Shown here one piece after another: positions 10,433 through 23,117 of a DNA stretch of 64,000 nucleotides (the stretch's first letter is position 1; every line of letters starts with the position of its first letter). The stretch is from positions 15,130,001 through 15,194,000 of the forward strand of contig NC_087263.1 in the NCBI RefSeq assembly GCF_037042905.1, in the 5' to 3' direction. The translations under genes and the position numbers were made by a program. Under the pieces are notes generated by a model that had not been told where the DNA came from, ran no database searches, and worked only from the letters and a program-made list of their open reading frames with translations. The stretch is from Lytechinus pictus. Its lineage: Eukaryota.

Positions 10433-13400
10433 CTGTCATCTATTCCTTCATCTTTAGGCAGCATATCTATGGAGCAGGGGGGCAAATGCCCAGCACGTAT
10501 CAATTTCTGGGAGTGCATGCATGCAGAAGGGCAAAAGTTTAAAGTTAGGGGGAAAATGCAGACAAAACATACCAGAAGTTTAAAAAATACCAAAACAAAT
10601 TCATCTCAGGAACTACTGTTGAAGCCATTGGTATTAAAGGTTTGATGTGCAAAGGGGGGGGGGGGTGGAGGCGGGGGGGGGGGTTGCAGCATGAAATAGC
10701 ATAGTTGACCCAGGTGCTTTTTTGCATTCATACTGTAATCTTTGCTTGGACTTCCTTTTCATCATTGATCCAACGTCCTATATTTCAAAATAACACCATC
10801 TGAAATCCAGGATGATGAATTAGCGTCGCATCGAGGACGTCTGATTTATGACCAGCTAAATTGTTTTCATGCAGCTTTTCTCCCCCCCCCCCCCCTCCCT
10901 GAACCTCAAACATAGATTCATCTTGTGGATTTAATTGATTAAATTCCATCCAAATGTGGATAGTTTTTGTCCAGATCTTTAAAGTCAAGACTTACTAAGG
11001 TTGTTCTGTCCAATTTACTTCAGTTCAGTCTGTTAATGCAGAAATACTTGAGCATTTGAGTATAAAAGCCTAAAACTCTGAAATAGCTTGCCTCTGTTCA
11101 TCAGGAAAACATCAGCAAATAATTTCAAATCAAAACTTTAAACACAATTAATTAGTCAATATCAAGCATATCAGAGGTTCTTTGAGCAGTAGAGTATGTA
11201 TAGTTTCTATGCGCTATGATTTTGTTTATATTATTATATTATCAGCATCTTGGTGTGCATGAACCTATTGAAATATTCAAATATCATTCTGAAACCGAAT
11301 AGATATACTAAAAAGTAATTTCTCTCCTTTTTGTGTTTATTCATTTGTGATTTGAAAAATTGTTTATATTGTGAAGGTTCCTGGATTTACCATAGACATA
11401 AACAACAGATTGCTTGGATTATGAACAGCAGATACTCTAACCAGACAACCAACTGTAATATTTCCCTTTAAGTATCATCTATACCTTGAAGCTTTATCTG
11501 ATTATCGATATCTCACTGTCACTTTCTATTCCTCGTGGAGTCTTCCAATCTTATTTGTTTTTTGCACTGGAGGCGATATGGGAGAGGGAGGAGGGGAGGG
11601 GTGGAGTGCAATAAGCAAGGACATCACCGGCCCTGGGGGGGAGGGGTGGGGTGCTGTTTCGTAAAGCTGAAAACTGTTGAGTTAGGCATTGCTTTAAACA
11701 TGCTTTAAGAACGGCTAACTTAGAAATAAAAAATTAAATGCAAAGTTGATAATTTTTTTCAAATTTTATCAGATTCGGGAAATTCAGTCCTCATTGGCTA
11801 AAAACATCAGGAAAATTTAGCATATTCAGTGCCATCAAATATCTGAAAACAATAGTCCTATCTTGTTATCAGTTCTTACCAAAGGGTATTAAACCGACAA
11901 TTTTATTCTTGGTGAAATACTCAAAATCTGTGTTTGTAAATTATATTGCATCTTCCATTCACCATGTTCACAGGGTTTTTTTTTTAAGGGGAGAGGGGGA
12001 GTTACTAGATTTTAAAGTAGACTATGTCATTACAAGACAAATTTCATCTGGATTTCAATAAATTTTATTGATATTTGCCTATAATATTCCCATCAATATC
12101 TCTTAACCCCCCCCCCCCCCCCCATTCCCAAGTAAATTTACAGCATATATATATCAGATCTCTGTATTCTTTCTCTCTATTTCTCTCTCCCACTCTCACT
12201 TCGCTCCACCCCCCCCCCCCTTTCTCTCGGAAAACATCCGTCGGACCTTTGGTTGATCACACGGACAATGGAGACAGGAAATGCTCCAAGACTCCAGCTT
12301 TGTAATTAATATGCATTTGTTTCCGACAGATAATCAATGCAAACTAGCATACCATCATTCCTCCTCTGACAAGAAATGGACAGATTCATTGTTCCCCCAA
12401 GACAATTGAAGAACATGTTTCACCAAAAATGCATTTCTATCTTTCTATTTTGTTAACAGTGTTCTACCAATTTCCTGAAGCACAATATCAGTACTGTATC
12501 TCAAGCTGTGTTCTGAAAGTTATCAGAAAATTCTATTCAAATTCTACATTTGCTTAGTGAGTTTATATGACATCAAGAGGATGACAATTATTCTTTATGA
12601 CATTTTCTTCATGCTTTCCTCTTTCAGTTCATTTTTTTCTCTGGGGCTATTTTTTTTTTAGCTCACTGGCTAAAATGTACTACACATGTATTGCATTACC
12701 AGGGAATATTTTCATCACAAGCTGTGGGAATTTTTCAGGGATTTTTTTCCCCAGCACTTTTGGTCAATTTCGAGGCCAAATCTGATTTTTAAATGAACTC
12801 TGTCTATTTCTAGGATCTTGATACAATAGATAAAATATTGTATCTCAAATATGTCAATTATACTGGAAATTCTGACAAAATATTGTCACACCGGTGGACT
12901 TCATTAAAAAAAAGATATTCATCTGATATTTTTTAGGTAGGCATATGAACAGGTTTTTTCTTAAGGTTTTTTCTGATTGGATAGGTGCGAACAAGGGCAG
13001 GAAGAAATCCGTCAGTCTCCTGGGGTTTGGGAGAATCATTGTCCATATCCAATTTCTCATGCTAAATGACCGTCATTACCACTAGTGATGAAGCTTGACC
13101 GTTGGTGCCTACACGTAAACATTGACCATCGCTCAAGTCCATCCCCTACCCAATGAGGCTTGACCATTCCTCCGATCATCAACTTGGTGTAAATAGACTG
13201 GACGGCTAGATGATCACTCTTGATGATAAATGACGGATGTAAAAATGAAATGCATGCAAGACCATAGACCAAGTCAGTTCTCTTTTTTTTTAATTCAAAG
13301 ATACACTACAAAAATCCCAGCATTTTCCATCTTCTTTAAAACTAATGATCACTCAATTGGTTTCACACCAATTTCATTTGTTACAGGATGAAATTCACTC

Positions 13401-14249
13401 AACAACGAGTGAAAGTCACTATTACATGTAATCTACTGAATTTTATTCATTACCTCTGAACATGTGTATTATTCATTCATATTTTCAGAGAGAGAGAGAG
13501 AGAGGAAGTTATAGCAATATATCAAAAGAAATTAGTCACCATATTTGTTGAGACACCAGCACATCCCTACACTAAACAGATTGTTAATCCTAATCAACAA
13601 AAATTTTGCACAAACAACAAAATCCGAGATGGGGGCCCTCCCAGAGCCAATTCAACCAATTAAGCCTGTCGCCGAGCAAAATTAATCCGCGATGTCACCC
13701 AAAACCGGGTCTAATTTTTTCCTATTTCCCTGGGGTTATTAGGGGCAGACATATCATAGTTGCATGTGTTATTCTTCATTAAGATTACTCATAGATTGAA
13801 ATTACAGATCACACAGGAGTTCGGTATCTGGCCTGATATGTAATTCAAATGAATATTATCAGATTGGAGGGGAGTGGAGAGGGCAGTTACACAGGAGTAA
13901 TTTAATAATTGTCTTTCATGAAAGCATACATGCTGGTTGGATTCATGGTAAAAGGTGGATTATTATAGATGGGGCAACTAAAGGAGGAAATATTGCTATC
14001 AAATCGTCAATCATATAACTTGTTGCTTTTTCTTCCAAAAAATATACCATATAAGTCAATGATTGTCCTTGTATCTTTGTTCCAATTTTCTTTTGTAATA
14101 ATTATGATCATTACTCTTTTCCAATTTAAAATGAAACGCTGAACACCTAAAAATAAATGCAGAATGTCATATTTAAATCAGCCTTGGATACAACTGAACC
14201 CTGGATCTTCCATTCTACCACCACGCAACCCCTCCCCCCCCTCCACTCC

Positions 14250-14569
14250 CACAATGTGTTCCACAGTGTATCCCTTATATGTAACACACTGTGAAATAAT
14301 CTTTTCACTGATAAAATGCTCAAATAATGTTAATCTCAGATATATTCCAAGCAACTACTATGTGAACAGACTGTCAACACTCACACTCTCGAGGTGATCA
14401 TTGAAATATGATCATTGTAGCAGTATGAATAACATCTTCCCATTATGTGAGTACAGTATTCACATTGTTATATATTTGAACATTACAACAGTGTGAATTG
14501 CAAGTGAACAACATCCCCTATGTGAACGCACTATGATTGCATTGTGTGACACTGATGTTTCCAGCAGGA
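14250..14569 (-). mobile_element. Decayed CACAGTGTG-rich MITE, related to 39946-40196
   Basis: Reverse complement of 14440-14569 aligns by eye with 39946-40075 (TCCTG..GG..CAGTG.CACACA.TG..ATCA.AGTG.GTTCACATAG). Confidence 0.65.
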
Positions 14570-14601
14570 ACATTACATTAAAGATCACATAAACTGGATT
14601 T

Positions 14602-14712
14602 TCTTACCTGTTGATTGTAGAATGATGATAAAATGGCAATACACAGCAACAGAGCAGGTAGAGCAGCACATGTGATAAAGAGAGACAAAGAAAGGAAGAA
14701 AAAGGTTAGGTT
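14602..14712 (-). other. Candidate recursive splice site (CAG|GTAAGA)
   Basis: Minus strand: CCTAAC branch motif, polypyrimidine tract, no AG for about 140 nt, then CAACAG|GTAAGA; junction 14608/14607. Confidence 0.6.
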
Positions 14713-15699
14713 ACAAATCAATTTAATGAAAAACACAAAATTATCATTACTTAATGAATTTACAAAAGGTGGAATAATTTCTTCCAGCATAGCAAGATTG
14801 CAATCTGTTACCCGATCTCATCAAAGACGGACATCAATCTGTACTAATGCTTTTTCCACAATGTAACTTAACAGATTATAGTACTGAACCCTAAGGGATA
14901 ACATTGGTTTGCAAGAGTGTTAACTTTATTTATGCATTTAAAATAAATTTATACAGAATATTGTTTGTACACATTCAATTTGACATGCATGTGTATACAA
15001 CAACATAGTTAAGTGACCCCTTATGGAATTATTTCTACCACAAAATATTCATGTAACCCAGACGAAACATCCCCAATAAAAACTCCAGGTGCATTGTAGA
15101 AACCCTTTCTCTTCCTACAAAACATTTCTACATCCTAGTACAATACATTCCTAAACAGCTATTATTATCGTTATTATTTTATTCAGCACATTTTTTTTTA
15201 AATCTAACAAGCAAATACAAGTACCAGGATAAGGAGAGTAGTGTGGATGCCAAAAGGGAAAAAAATAACTTCATAGATATAACCCAAAGCTTTTCCTTTC
15301 CAATCCATGTGACTTTACATAAAAATAGTGAGCATTTTGTCCACTTCATCCCACAAAACATTTCCGCATCCCAGTCGAAACATTCCCAATGGCATCTACA
15401 TGGTAATCTTACGGAAACCGCCATCGCTACTGCAAAACATTTCCGCACCCCAACCAAAACAAATCAATGTAATGCAGTGAGATGAACAGAATCTTGTCAC
15501 ATTCACCCCACCACAAACAAAACAAGACCGATGAAAGAAGGGGACCAGCTGAAAAAACAGTTGAGGCTCTGGTCTTATTTAACCCGCTGAATCAATGCTG
15601 AACTGATGCAAATGTCGCACATGCCCAAATAGAAATATATGCTAATTTATGAATCTGGGTTATTTTGGAGAGGGGTAAAATGTTGCAAATATGTTTTGC

Positions 15700-16255
15700 T
15701 TGAGGGGAAGAGTGGGAGGAGGTCGGCGGAGGGAGAGGGGTGAGCGGAGAGAGGGGTGAGCGGCGAGAGGGGTTGAAGATGATTGCAGAGTACTGAAGCA
15801 AATGGAAGGATGAAAGATTGGGGTGACGATGGTGGGAGGAGAGGGTGAAGAGGAGGGGGAGGTAGGAGAGAGGAGGAGATCGGGAGGGGAAGAATTAGAA
15901 GAGGGGAAGGGAAAGGGGGGTGTGGTGGGGAATGGGAGACAGGGAGGGGTGGCAAAAGGGAGGGAGAAGGGGAGAGGGAAGTGGTGTGGTGGGAGGAGGG
16001 GAAGGGGAAGAAGAAGAGGGAAGGGAAGGAGAAGGAAGAAGGGGGAAGGGAAGGAGAAAGTTGTTGCATTTTAGTTTATTGATTGGAATGGAAGGGGGAC
16101 GAGGAAGGGGAGGAGGAATGGAAGGTGAAGGGGAGGGGAAGAGGAGAGGAAGGGGTGGGTGGGGAATGTGAGAAGGGGAGGGGGAAGGGGTGGGAGTAGG
16201 GGAAGTGAAAAGATGGGAGAAGGAAAGAAGAAGGGAGAAAAGGGAGGGCAAGGAG
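15700..16255. repeat. G/A-rich low-complexity tract with G-quadruplex potential
   Basis: Nearly pure purine sequence with many GGG(G) runs. Confidence 0.9.
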
Positions 16256-17404
16256 AAGCCTGTAGTATTTTAGTTCATTGACTCTGAATATGGTCTTATT
16301 TTATATTAACGCAAAGATTATGACATGGGGATTATATAGTTACCCCACTCATGTTGAGAGATCCACAGTTTAAAAAGTGCTCAAATTTAGCATATCTTTG
16401 AAAAGAGATGTGTCTGATAATGTAAATTACTGGGTGTGGCATGACTGGCCATTCTACATAGGACTTAAAAAAGGAAGTATAAATAGTACAATAAAGATAA
16501 AACAAAAAGATCATATATTGGTTTTGAGCTTTATAAATTACAGACTGAATTTTTTGTGGCATATAAGTCAAGATCATCTACATATAACATTGTTCATTCT
16601 CAAATTATATACTCCGTTATATAAAGAAGGTCAACAAACAAAAATGTATTGTAAGATTTGGGAAAAGTTGTTAGTATTCTTTGATGGAAATATAGATGAA
16701 TGGAAGGAAACGCTTTCCCAGTTTGTTTAAAACTAGCTCTTAACGCTATTCATAACACCCAAAGACTTCACAGTCTATTCACAAATTCACAATAGCATCA
16801 TTATAGCGGACACTGCATGTTGATGGATATCTCTCTTGTGTTATTATAAATTCTTATCCATTCCTACTTTTCAGAAATTATGGTCATATTCAGGGCTTTG
16901 CAGATATGATAATATCAAATCGATGGAAATCATGATTATAAACACAAATACACATAGGCCTCAACTTTAGGAAGAAAGGGGCACCTGGCAGGGGTACGGT
17001 AGTAATAGTAGTATGAGGATGGAAAGTAAGAAGGGGAAGAGAATGAAAGAAGGTTTAGAAGAAAGGAAGAAAAGGAGAAAGAGAAGAGGTGATGCAAGGG
17101 ATGAATTGCATAATTAAACAAAAAGGACATGACTGCCTCTAACAATGGAGGAAGCAGGGTTATTCTAAAGAAGGAATAAAATAAAGAGAAGATGAACATA
17201 TATGAATATGATGAAGAAGTAGAAAAGAAAGGACCCCCAAAAAAAAAACAAGAAGCAGAAGAATAGGAACAGTTATGAAGAAGAAATGGAAGATGGAGAT
17301 GAATGGAAAAAAGAAAAAAGAATGAGGGAGATAACAAAAGGCAGATGGCGAATAGGATGGAAAAAGAAGGGGCAAAGAAAGATAGGAAAAGATAAGAAAG
17401 ATAT

Positions 17405-17470
17405 AGGAGCGCCTTGAGCACCAAGCAAGGTGGATATGTGCGCTATACAAATCCTATATTATTTTCTTAT
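17405..17470 (+). mobile_element. L2-type LINE/SINE 3' tail fragment
   Basis: GAGCGCCTTGAGCAC...GTGCGCTATACAAATCCTATATTATT; same GCGCTATA(T/C)AAAT + (ATT)n ending as the SINEs at 54876 and 59395. Confidence 0.6.
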
Positions 17471-18099
17471 TTATTCAAAACATTAAAAAAGATTAATGTA
17501 CAAAGTCAAGGAGTATCAGAAGAAACAGAAGCAGAAAAGGAATTATCAAATAAAAGAGAGAAAAAATGAAACAAAGCGAGACAACAAATTGTAACAGCAA
17601 TCAGATAAAACAAAACCTCAACATGATGATAAATGATGATTTAAAATACACGCTACACCTCACTCCTTCCTCAACATGAAACGCATACCCATCCAATCCT
17701 CTTCTACTCATCAAGAAAATGATTTATGAAAATGTTTTGCTTGGAAAAGACAATCATCTCGTCATCCGATCCGCCATCTCCCTTCCCAAGTCGGCCATTT
17801 TTAGTCATCAATCAATGAGCCTCGTTATGATCTTATACTCAATCTTATCCACTCAACATCTATTTTTACCTCTGGATAGGTTTTTTGCTTTACAGATTTT
17901 GGAACTAAAGGAATCGGCAAAATAGAATTCTTGTAATGCAGGATACTAGATGGTTAAAAAAACAGTTGTATTGTACCTTCAATTAAACATGCATATACAT
18001 GATGTAGTTTGTTTGCTTACAAGATTGTTAGTTTTCCCTATCAAAGAAAAGAAAGAAAGATAAAGCTTAAAGAGTAAGATTGCTTTAATAACTAAGTTT

Positions 18100-18302
18100 G
18101 ACACTGCAAGAAACTTACAATTAATTGCAAATCAATCTGTGCTCCCAAAATCAATCACATGTCTAGCAATTAATTGCAGAGTGGGATAATTGATCTTCTG
18201 CTTGCAACAAGAAGTGTAAACTGATTTGCTACAGCTAAAATTGATCAATTGTAAAATTGTGAAATAATATGTGCAATTGTTTGTAAACATTTCCTTGCAA
18301 CA
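18100..18302. mobile_element. Decayed MITE, inverted relative of 22235-22440
   Basis: TGCAAGAAA ... TTCCTTGCAA ends; internal CTTGCAACAAG...TGATTTGCTACAG matches the reverse complement of 22310-22350. Confidence 0.5.
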
Positions 18303-18779
18303 GTATCAAAGTTTTTGTACAATGGATGGGAAGGAGTCATAATCTCAGTTAGATGTGAAATCCCTATTCATTTAATGAACCCCCCCCCCCACACAAAATA
18401 CATTGTTTCTCAGCTTTTTTCAGGGACTCTTTTTTTACATATCTCTCATCGACCGTCATCCATTTCTACCCCTTCCCCACCCTGCCTCTTCACCACCCCC
18501 ACCTCTTTTTATCCCCCTTTGGACTATATTCTTATATGAATTCCATCACCATTGTCAAGCTCTGCCCTTCCCCGTATCCCTGCCTTCGAACCCCCTCCTT
18601 GTCTTTTGACCCCTCTTGCTCTTCCCCCTTTACCCCCCTGCTACATCTCAAAGGCCCATTTATATTTATTGCTTTTCTTCAGCATTTTTCTGGGATATTC
18701 CCTCTCCCTTTTCTTTAACAGCTTCCCTTGTACCCGCTCTTAAAAATCTATATTTCCCTCTTTTATTTCCCTACCCATT

Positions 18780-19400
18780 TCCCTCTCCGTCGTTCTGTTT
18801 ATCTGTTTCTGTCTCCCCCCACATATATCTTCTTTGTGTCTCTCTGTCTCCCTCCCTCCCTCCTCTCTCTCTGTCTATCTATCTGTCTCTGTTTTTATGC
18901 CTAACTGTTTCTGTCTCTTTGTCTATCTCTATTTCTCTGTTTGTTTGTGTCTCCATTTGCCTGTCTGTCTCTATCTATCTGTCTCTGTTTGACTGTGTCT
19001 CTGTCTTTATGCCCAACTGTCTGTCTTTCTGTCTCTTTGTCTATCTCTTTCTCTGTTTGTTTGTGTCTCCATTTGCCCGTCTGTCTCTCTATATCTATCT
19101 GTCTCTGTTTGACTGTGTCTCAGTCTTTATGCCCAACTGTCTCTGTCTTTCTGTCTGTTTGTCTATCTCTTTCTCTGTTTGTTGTGTCTCTGTTTGTATC
19201 TCTATCTCTCTCTCTCCTCTCAGTCTAACCCTCCCCCTACATGTCTATTTTATATCTGTCTCTTGTCTCCTCTCTGTCTCTATCCCCCTCTCCCCCACCC
19301 CCTGTTTGTGTTTTATCTGTCTCTTCTTTCTATCTCTATCACCCCCTATCTGTCCCCCCTCCTCCTCCTTTCCCTCCCTCTCTCTCCCTTCACTACTTCC
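18780..19400. repeat. CT-rich low-complexity tract with three ~100-120-bp tandem units
   Basis: CTATCTATCTGTCTCTGTTT...TTTATGCCYAACTGT recurs near 18875, 18971 and 19095. Confidence 0.9.
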
Positions 19401-20802
19401 CATACCATCTCAAGTTTCCACCGACTCCACCGGTCTGGCTGCTGTGGGAACGAGGAGTATAGATACCACTTGGATGATGGACACAGCCACCATTAGACGC
19501 AGAAAATTGTCTACAAACCATACAAGGGTATCGCATGATCAAAACCCTGAACAAGATCCTCTATCAAAAACATTGGTCAACAGACTTGAAATGAGACACA
19601 CTTCATAATGTACTGAGTGCTTATGCTTTGTATCCTCGGGCAACAAGTACTCTATGAATCCAGCTATTTATGTTGTTATTATTACCTTTAAAGAGCAAAG
19701 GCTTTAAAAAAAGAAGTTAATTGGATGATATATAATGGAAGGATGCTATTGCAAGCACTTCTGAATATATTCCATATTTTTTTCTCAGTAACTAGGCACA
19801 GAAAGCAAGAATGTTCAGTTGGACAAGAATTAATAAAAAAGGATGGTGTAATATAAAGGGACCAGCTTGATATTAACAACTGTATTTTTTAAATGGTTTG
19901 CCACAAATTTACAGATAAGGTTATTTGTACAACAGATTGCATATTCAATGTTACAGGGTAAAGATATTGTATTTTACTATTTTTTTTATAAGAAACAAAT
20001 GAAATGATATATATTTAAGAGAAAAAAATAAAGCTATCATGAGGAAACCTAAAAAAAGAATGAGTGATGGTATCTTTGAATAAAGTCTTCGATGAAATCA
20101 CATTTTTTTTACAAGAACTGCCCTTAAAAAACAAATCAAATACAAACACTTTTCATTCTTTATAGGTCTACATGTAGTTAAAGTACCTGTGAAGCAATTA
20201 GAAAATGTATCTACGCCAACACTCATCACTTTCTGGTAGAGAGTGATTAAAGCGATGCCCAAGGACTACAAAAATCAATTAATTACTCTCATCATTTACA
20301 TAATGACCTCCTTTCCTCCGTAGCCTATACCTATCCCATAAACGTCGATCCTCTTTACCTTCGCAGGGCCCGAAACCCATTCACAAAATTCCGGTCACTA
20401 TCCAACCTCGCGTGATGGGGATGAATTATTGATCGGCGTTGAGACCCGCTCACGATCCATCTTGTGCCGGTGGGAGCCGGAATGCCCATCGCGTTAAAGT
20501 TTAATCAATGTTTTAGCTTTTACGGAAATGTGAAGAATGAGATGGTTGGGTCCTCCTCCGTATCAGCCTCTGGAATGCATCCGTGTTCTTTCTTTGGTGG
20601 CTGGTGAAGGCATGAAAATATGCTAGATGGGCATTGTCTTTGAAGGTTGATGTGACTTTCTTATTGCAACTGAATATTGCTGGTAGATAAGAATGTTATG
20701 CTCTTTTTGTAATCTATGTGTCAATAATTAATATCATGATAGTTTTATTGATGCATGATATTATTTTGGTTATCCCTAACTTCATTCCTACTATCCTCAT
20801 TG

Positions 20803-20990
20803 TCATTTTAGCATCAACATCAGTATCATCATTAAATTAACATCATCACCATCATCCTCATCATCTTCATCACCATCATCATTATCACCACCATCATCGT
20901 CATCATCATTATCAAAATCGTTATCATCACTACGCCTTTTCTTCTCCTCATCATCCTCCTCCCCATCGTCATCATCATTATCATTATGGT
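20803..20990. repeat. Degenerate (ATC)n
   Basis: Direct reading; source of the poly-D ORF. Confidence 0.85.
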
Positions 20991-21089
20991 CAATGGAATT
21001 GGCCATTAAAAAAATTGTTCTACAATCAAATGCTACTGCTCCCAGATCTCACAGACTCCATCTTCTGCTTGTTTAAACACATGCCATCA

Positions 21090-21580
21090 CCCCTTCTCAT
21101 TAACAAAATAAAGAAAATTATACAGACATTCAAGGAATATAATATTTTTTTCAATTTCCTTTCATTTTTCACCCTATCATCATAAGAATTCATTCTTCTC
21201 CCATTATAACCATTCAAACCCTCAAAGTGCTTAAAAGCACTTTTAAGTGCATCATCATAATTACTTCTTATCATTAAAGAAAAGAAAAGAATAAAATAAT
21301 TAAAAAACATATTTCCTTCCTTTTCTTTTACATTTTTCATGCCACCATCTTGAAAATTCTTTCTTCTCCCATCAGAACCCTAAAAAAGCTTGATAATTCT
21401 AAAGCACTGCAGTGTCATAATTATCATCATTGCCCTTTAAAAGTAAAGAAAATTATAACGCCATCTGAACAATGTATTTTCTTTTATTTCCTTACATTTT
21501 TCACACCATCATCATGAAAATTCATCCATCTCCCATTAAAACCATCAAATACCTCAAAGTGCTTCATTGTAAAGCACCAA
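21090..21580. repeat. Diverged tandem repeat, about 166 bp x3
   Basis: Anchor CATTTTTCA...AATTC..TCTCCCAT near 21163, 21331 and 21495. Confidence 0.75.
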
Positions 21581-21964
21581 ATGGCCAGTGCCACATTATG
21601 CCAAAATCCTGAGATAAGTTGCCTATATGAAAGAGGTGTAAAATGGGAGCCTTGGAATAAAGAAAGAGCACCTCTTTGCGATCACACGAGTATGTATTCC
21701 CCCCTTACATGTTATCTCATTAATGCATTGGCATTCCTTCATGTATACCCGTGGTAATTCATTCTAGTGTGTGTTTGGCTATTGGGTTACTCTACTTGTG
21801 AAGCAGCTTTCCCTTGTTCAAGGATTGTACCAGGGATCCTGAGAGAGAATTACATTGCAACTCTATTCACATTTTATGTAGAAGTTTGGAACACGATCGC
21901 AATGAAACGCTGCATAAGTCAGTTGCTGTACAATTTGCACAATCACAGAAAATAATGTTTATAG

Positions 21965-22170
21965 CAGGGGCCGATCCAGGTTTTTAACCAAAAATTAAGG
22001 ACATTTTGTCCACGAAAAAGTTTGACAAGCCAAAACAAACAGGGTCTTCACTTTCAAAGGGGGGGGGGGCGCAATTCTGTTTTAACAGCATTGTTATGTT
22101 ACAAATTTTAATTGTGCCTCTCAAAAGGGGGGGGGGGCAGCTTTGCCCCCTCCCCCTGGATCCGCCAGTG
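21965..22170. mobile_element. hAT MITE with 8-bp TSD (7/8 match)
   Basis: GTTTATAG|CAGGGGCCGATCCAGG ... CCTGGATCCGCCAGTG|GTATATAG; shares TTGACAAGC with the 8744 element. Confidence 0.88.
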
Positions 22171-22234
22171 GTATATAGCTAATGTTCTTAATTCCTGTTT
22201 GAAAACAAGATTTATTCTAAAATTACTTTGCATA

Positions 22235-22440
22235 GAGGAGGTTGCAAAAAAGTATTTTTAATTGATCGCAAAATTGTGTTGCAACTTTACAACTGATAGA
22301 AAAATTTGCACTGCAGCAAATCAATAATACATACCCCTTGTTGCAAGAGGCTGAACAGCATTCAAGTGCAAATTTGTAAGAATATGTTATTTATTTTGAC
22401 CCTAATTTAGACTTGCAATTGAATTTCTTGCAATGCTCCA
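22235..22440. mobile_element. Decayed MITE (GTTGCAA...TTGCAATG ends)
   Basis: Weak TIR; inverted homologue at 18100-18302. Confidence 0.5.
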
Positions 22441-22582
22441 CTAAGAAGATTGGTCTCAACATCTCCCTACTCTTCACAGCAATTAAAATAATGCTCACTT
22501 CACATACTGCGACCTATCTACATCTACAATTTAGTATTTATAGTAACAAAGGACTTTAGAAATGCCTTGACATAGATGCCGG

Positions 22583-22765
22583 GTGGCTGTTTTATAGAGC
22601 TGTCGGTAAGTTAAGAGCGACTTTAAGAACAACTGGTGATCGTTTCTTACGCGCTAAATAATCACCCATGAACATTTAATGGTGAATATCACTTACTACA
22701 AGAAAGGATCACCAGTCGTTCTTAAAGCCACTATTAACTGACGAGCAGCTTTATGAAAGAGCCAC
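22583..22765. mobile_element. Harbinger-like foldback MITE (family C), about 70-bp TIRs
   Basis: GTGGCTGTTTTATAGAGCTG...CTTTAAGAACAACTGGTGATCGTTTCTT versus AAGAAAGGATCACCAGTCGTTCTTAAAG...CAGCTTTATGAAAGAGCCAC; flanks CGG/CAG; a fragment lies near 11650-11720. Confidence 0.85.
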
Positions 22766-22975
22766 CAGGATTGCTTAACACAAAAGACAGAAATAATCAA
22801 TTAGAACATAATAATAATGTTAAAGGAATCCATTGCTTAACCCAGATAACAAATCAAAGCCAGTGTTAGATTTTATCCAAGGTAAACTTGAAAATATAGA
22901 GCAAATGCCTCGTCACGATATTCGGTCACTCTGTTCATAACAAAATCAGTGCTATTCCCAGTTTGTCAATGTCCA

Positions 22976-23117
22976 GAGGAGAGTTTCATGAATAGTTTAA
23001 GTCAGTGATTTCCACTCACTAATTTGCTTTCAGCCAATCAGAAACAAGGATTTTCAGTAGCTTATAATAAGGGTCAGTAAAAAATCCCTTGACTATTTGT
23101 TTCGTGAAATAAACCTC
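22976..23117. mobile_element. Short MITE with internal CAGCCAATCA
   Basis: GAGGAGAGTTTCATGAA ... TTCGTGAAATAAACCTC; similar internal motif at 48810-48830. Confidence 0.55.

Noticed and set aside
15089..15100. GTGCATTGTAG resembling the 5' half of miR-33
   Set aside because: The match stops after 11 nt and no hairpin is evident.
18616..19608. 330-aa ORF
   Set aside because: Lies over a CT-rich tract with internal tandem repeats; L/S/F/C composition reflects lack of stop codons in pyrimidine-rich DNA.
20181..20210. Minus-strand CACAG|GTACTT as a recursive site
   Set aside because: Weak donor and very short pyrimidine tract.
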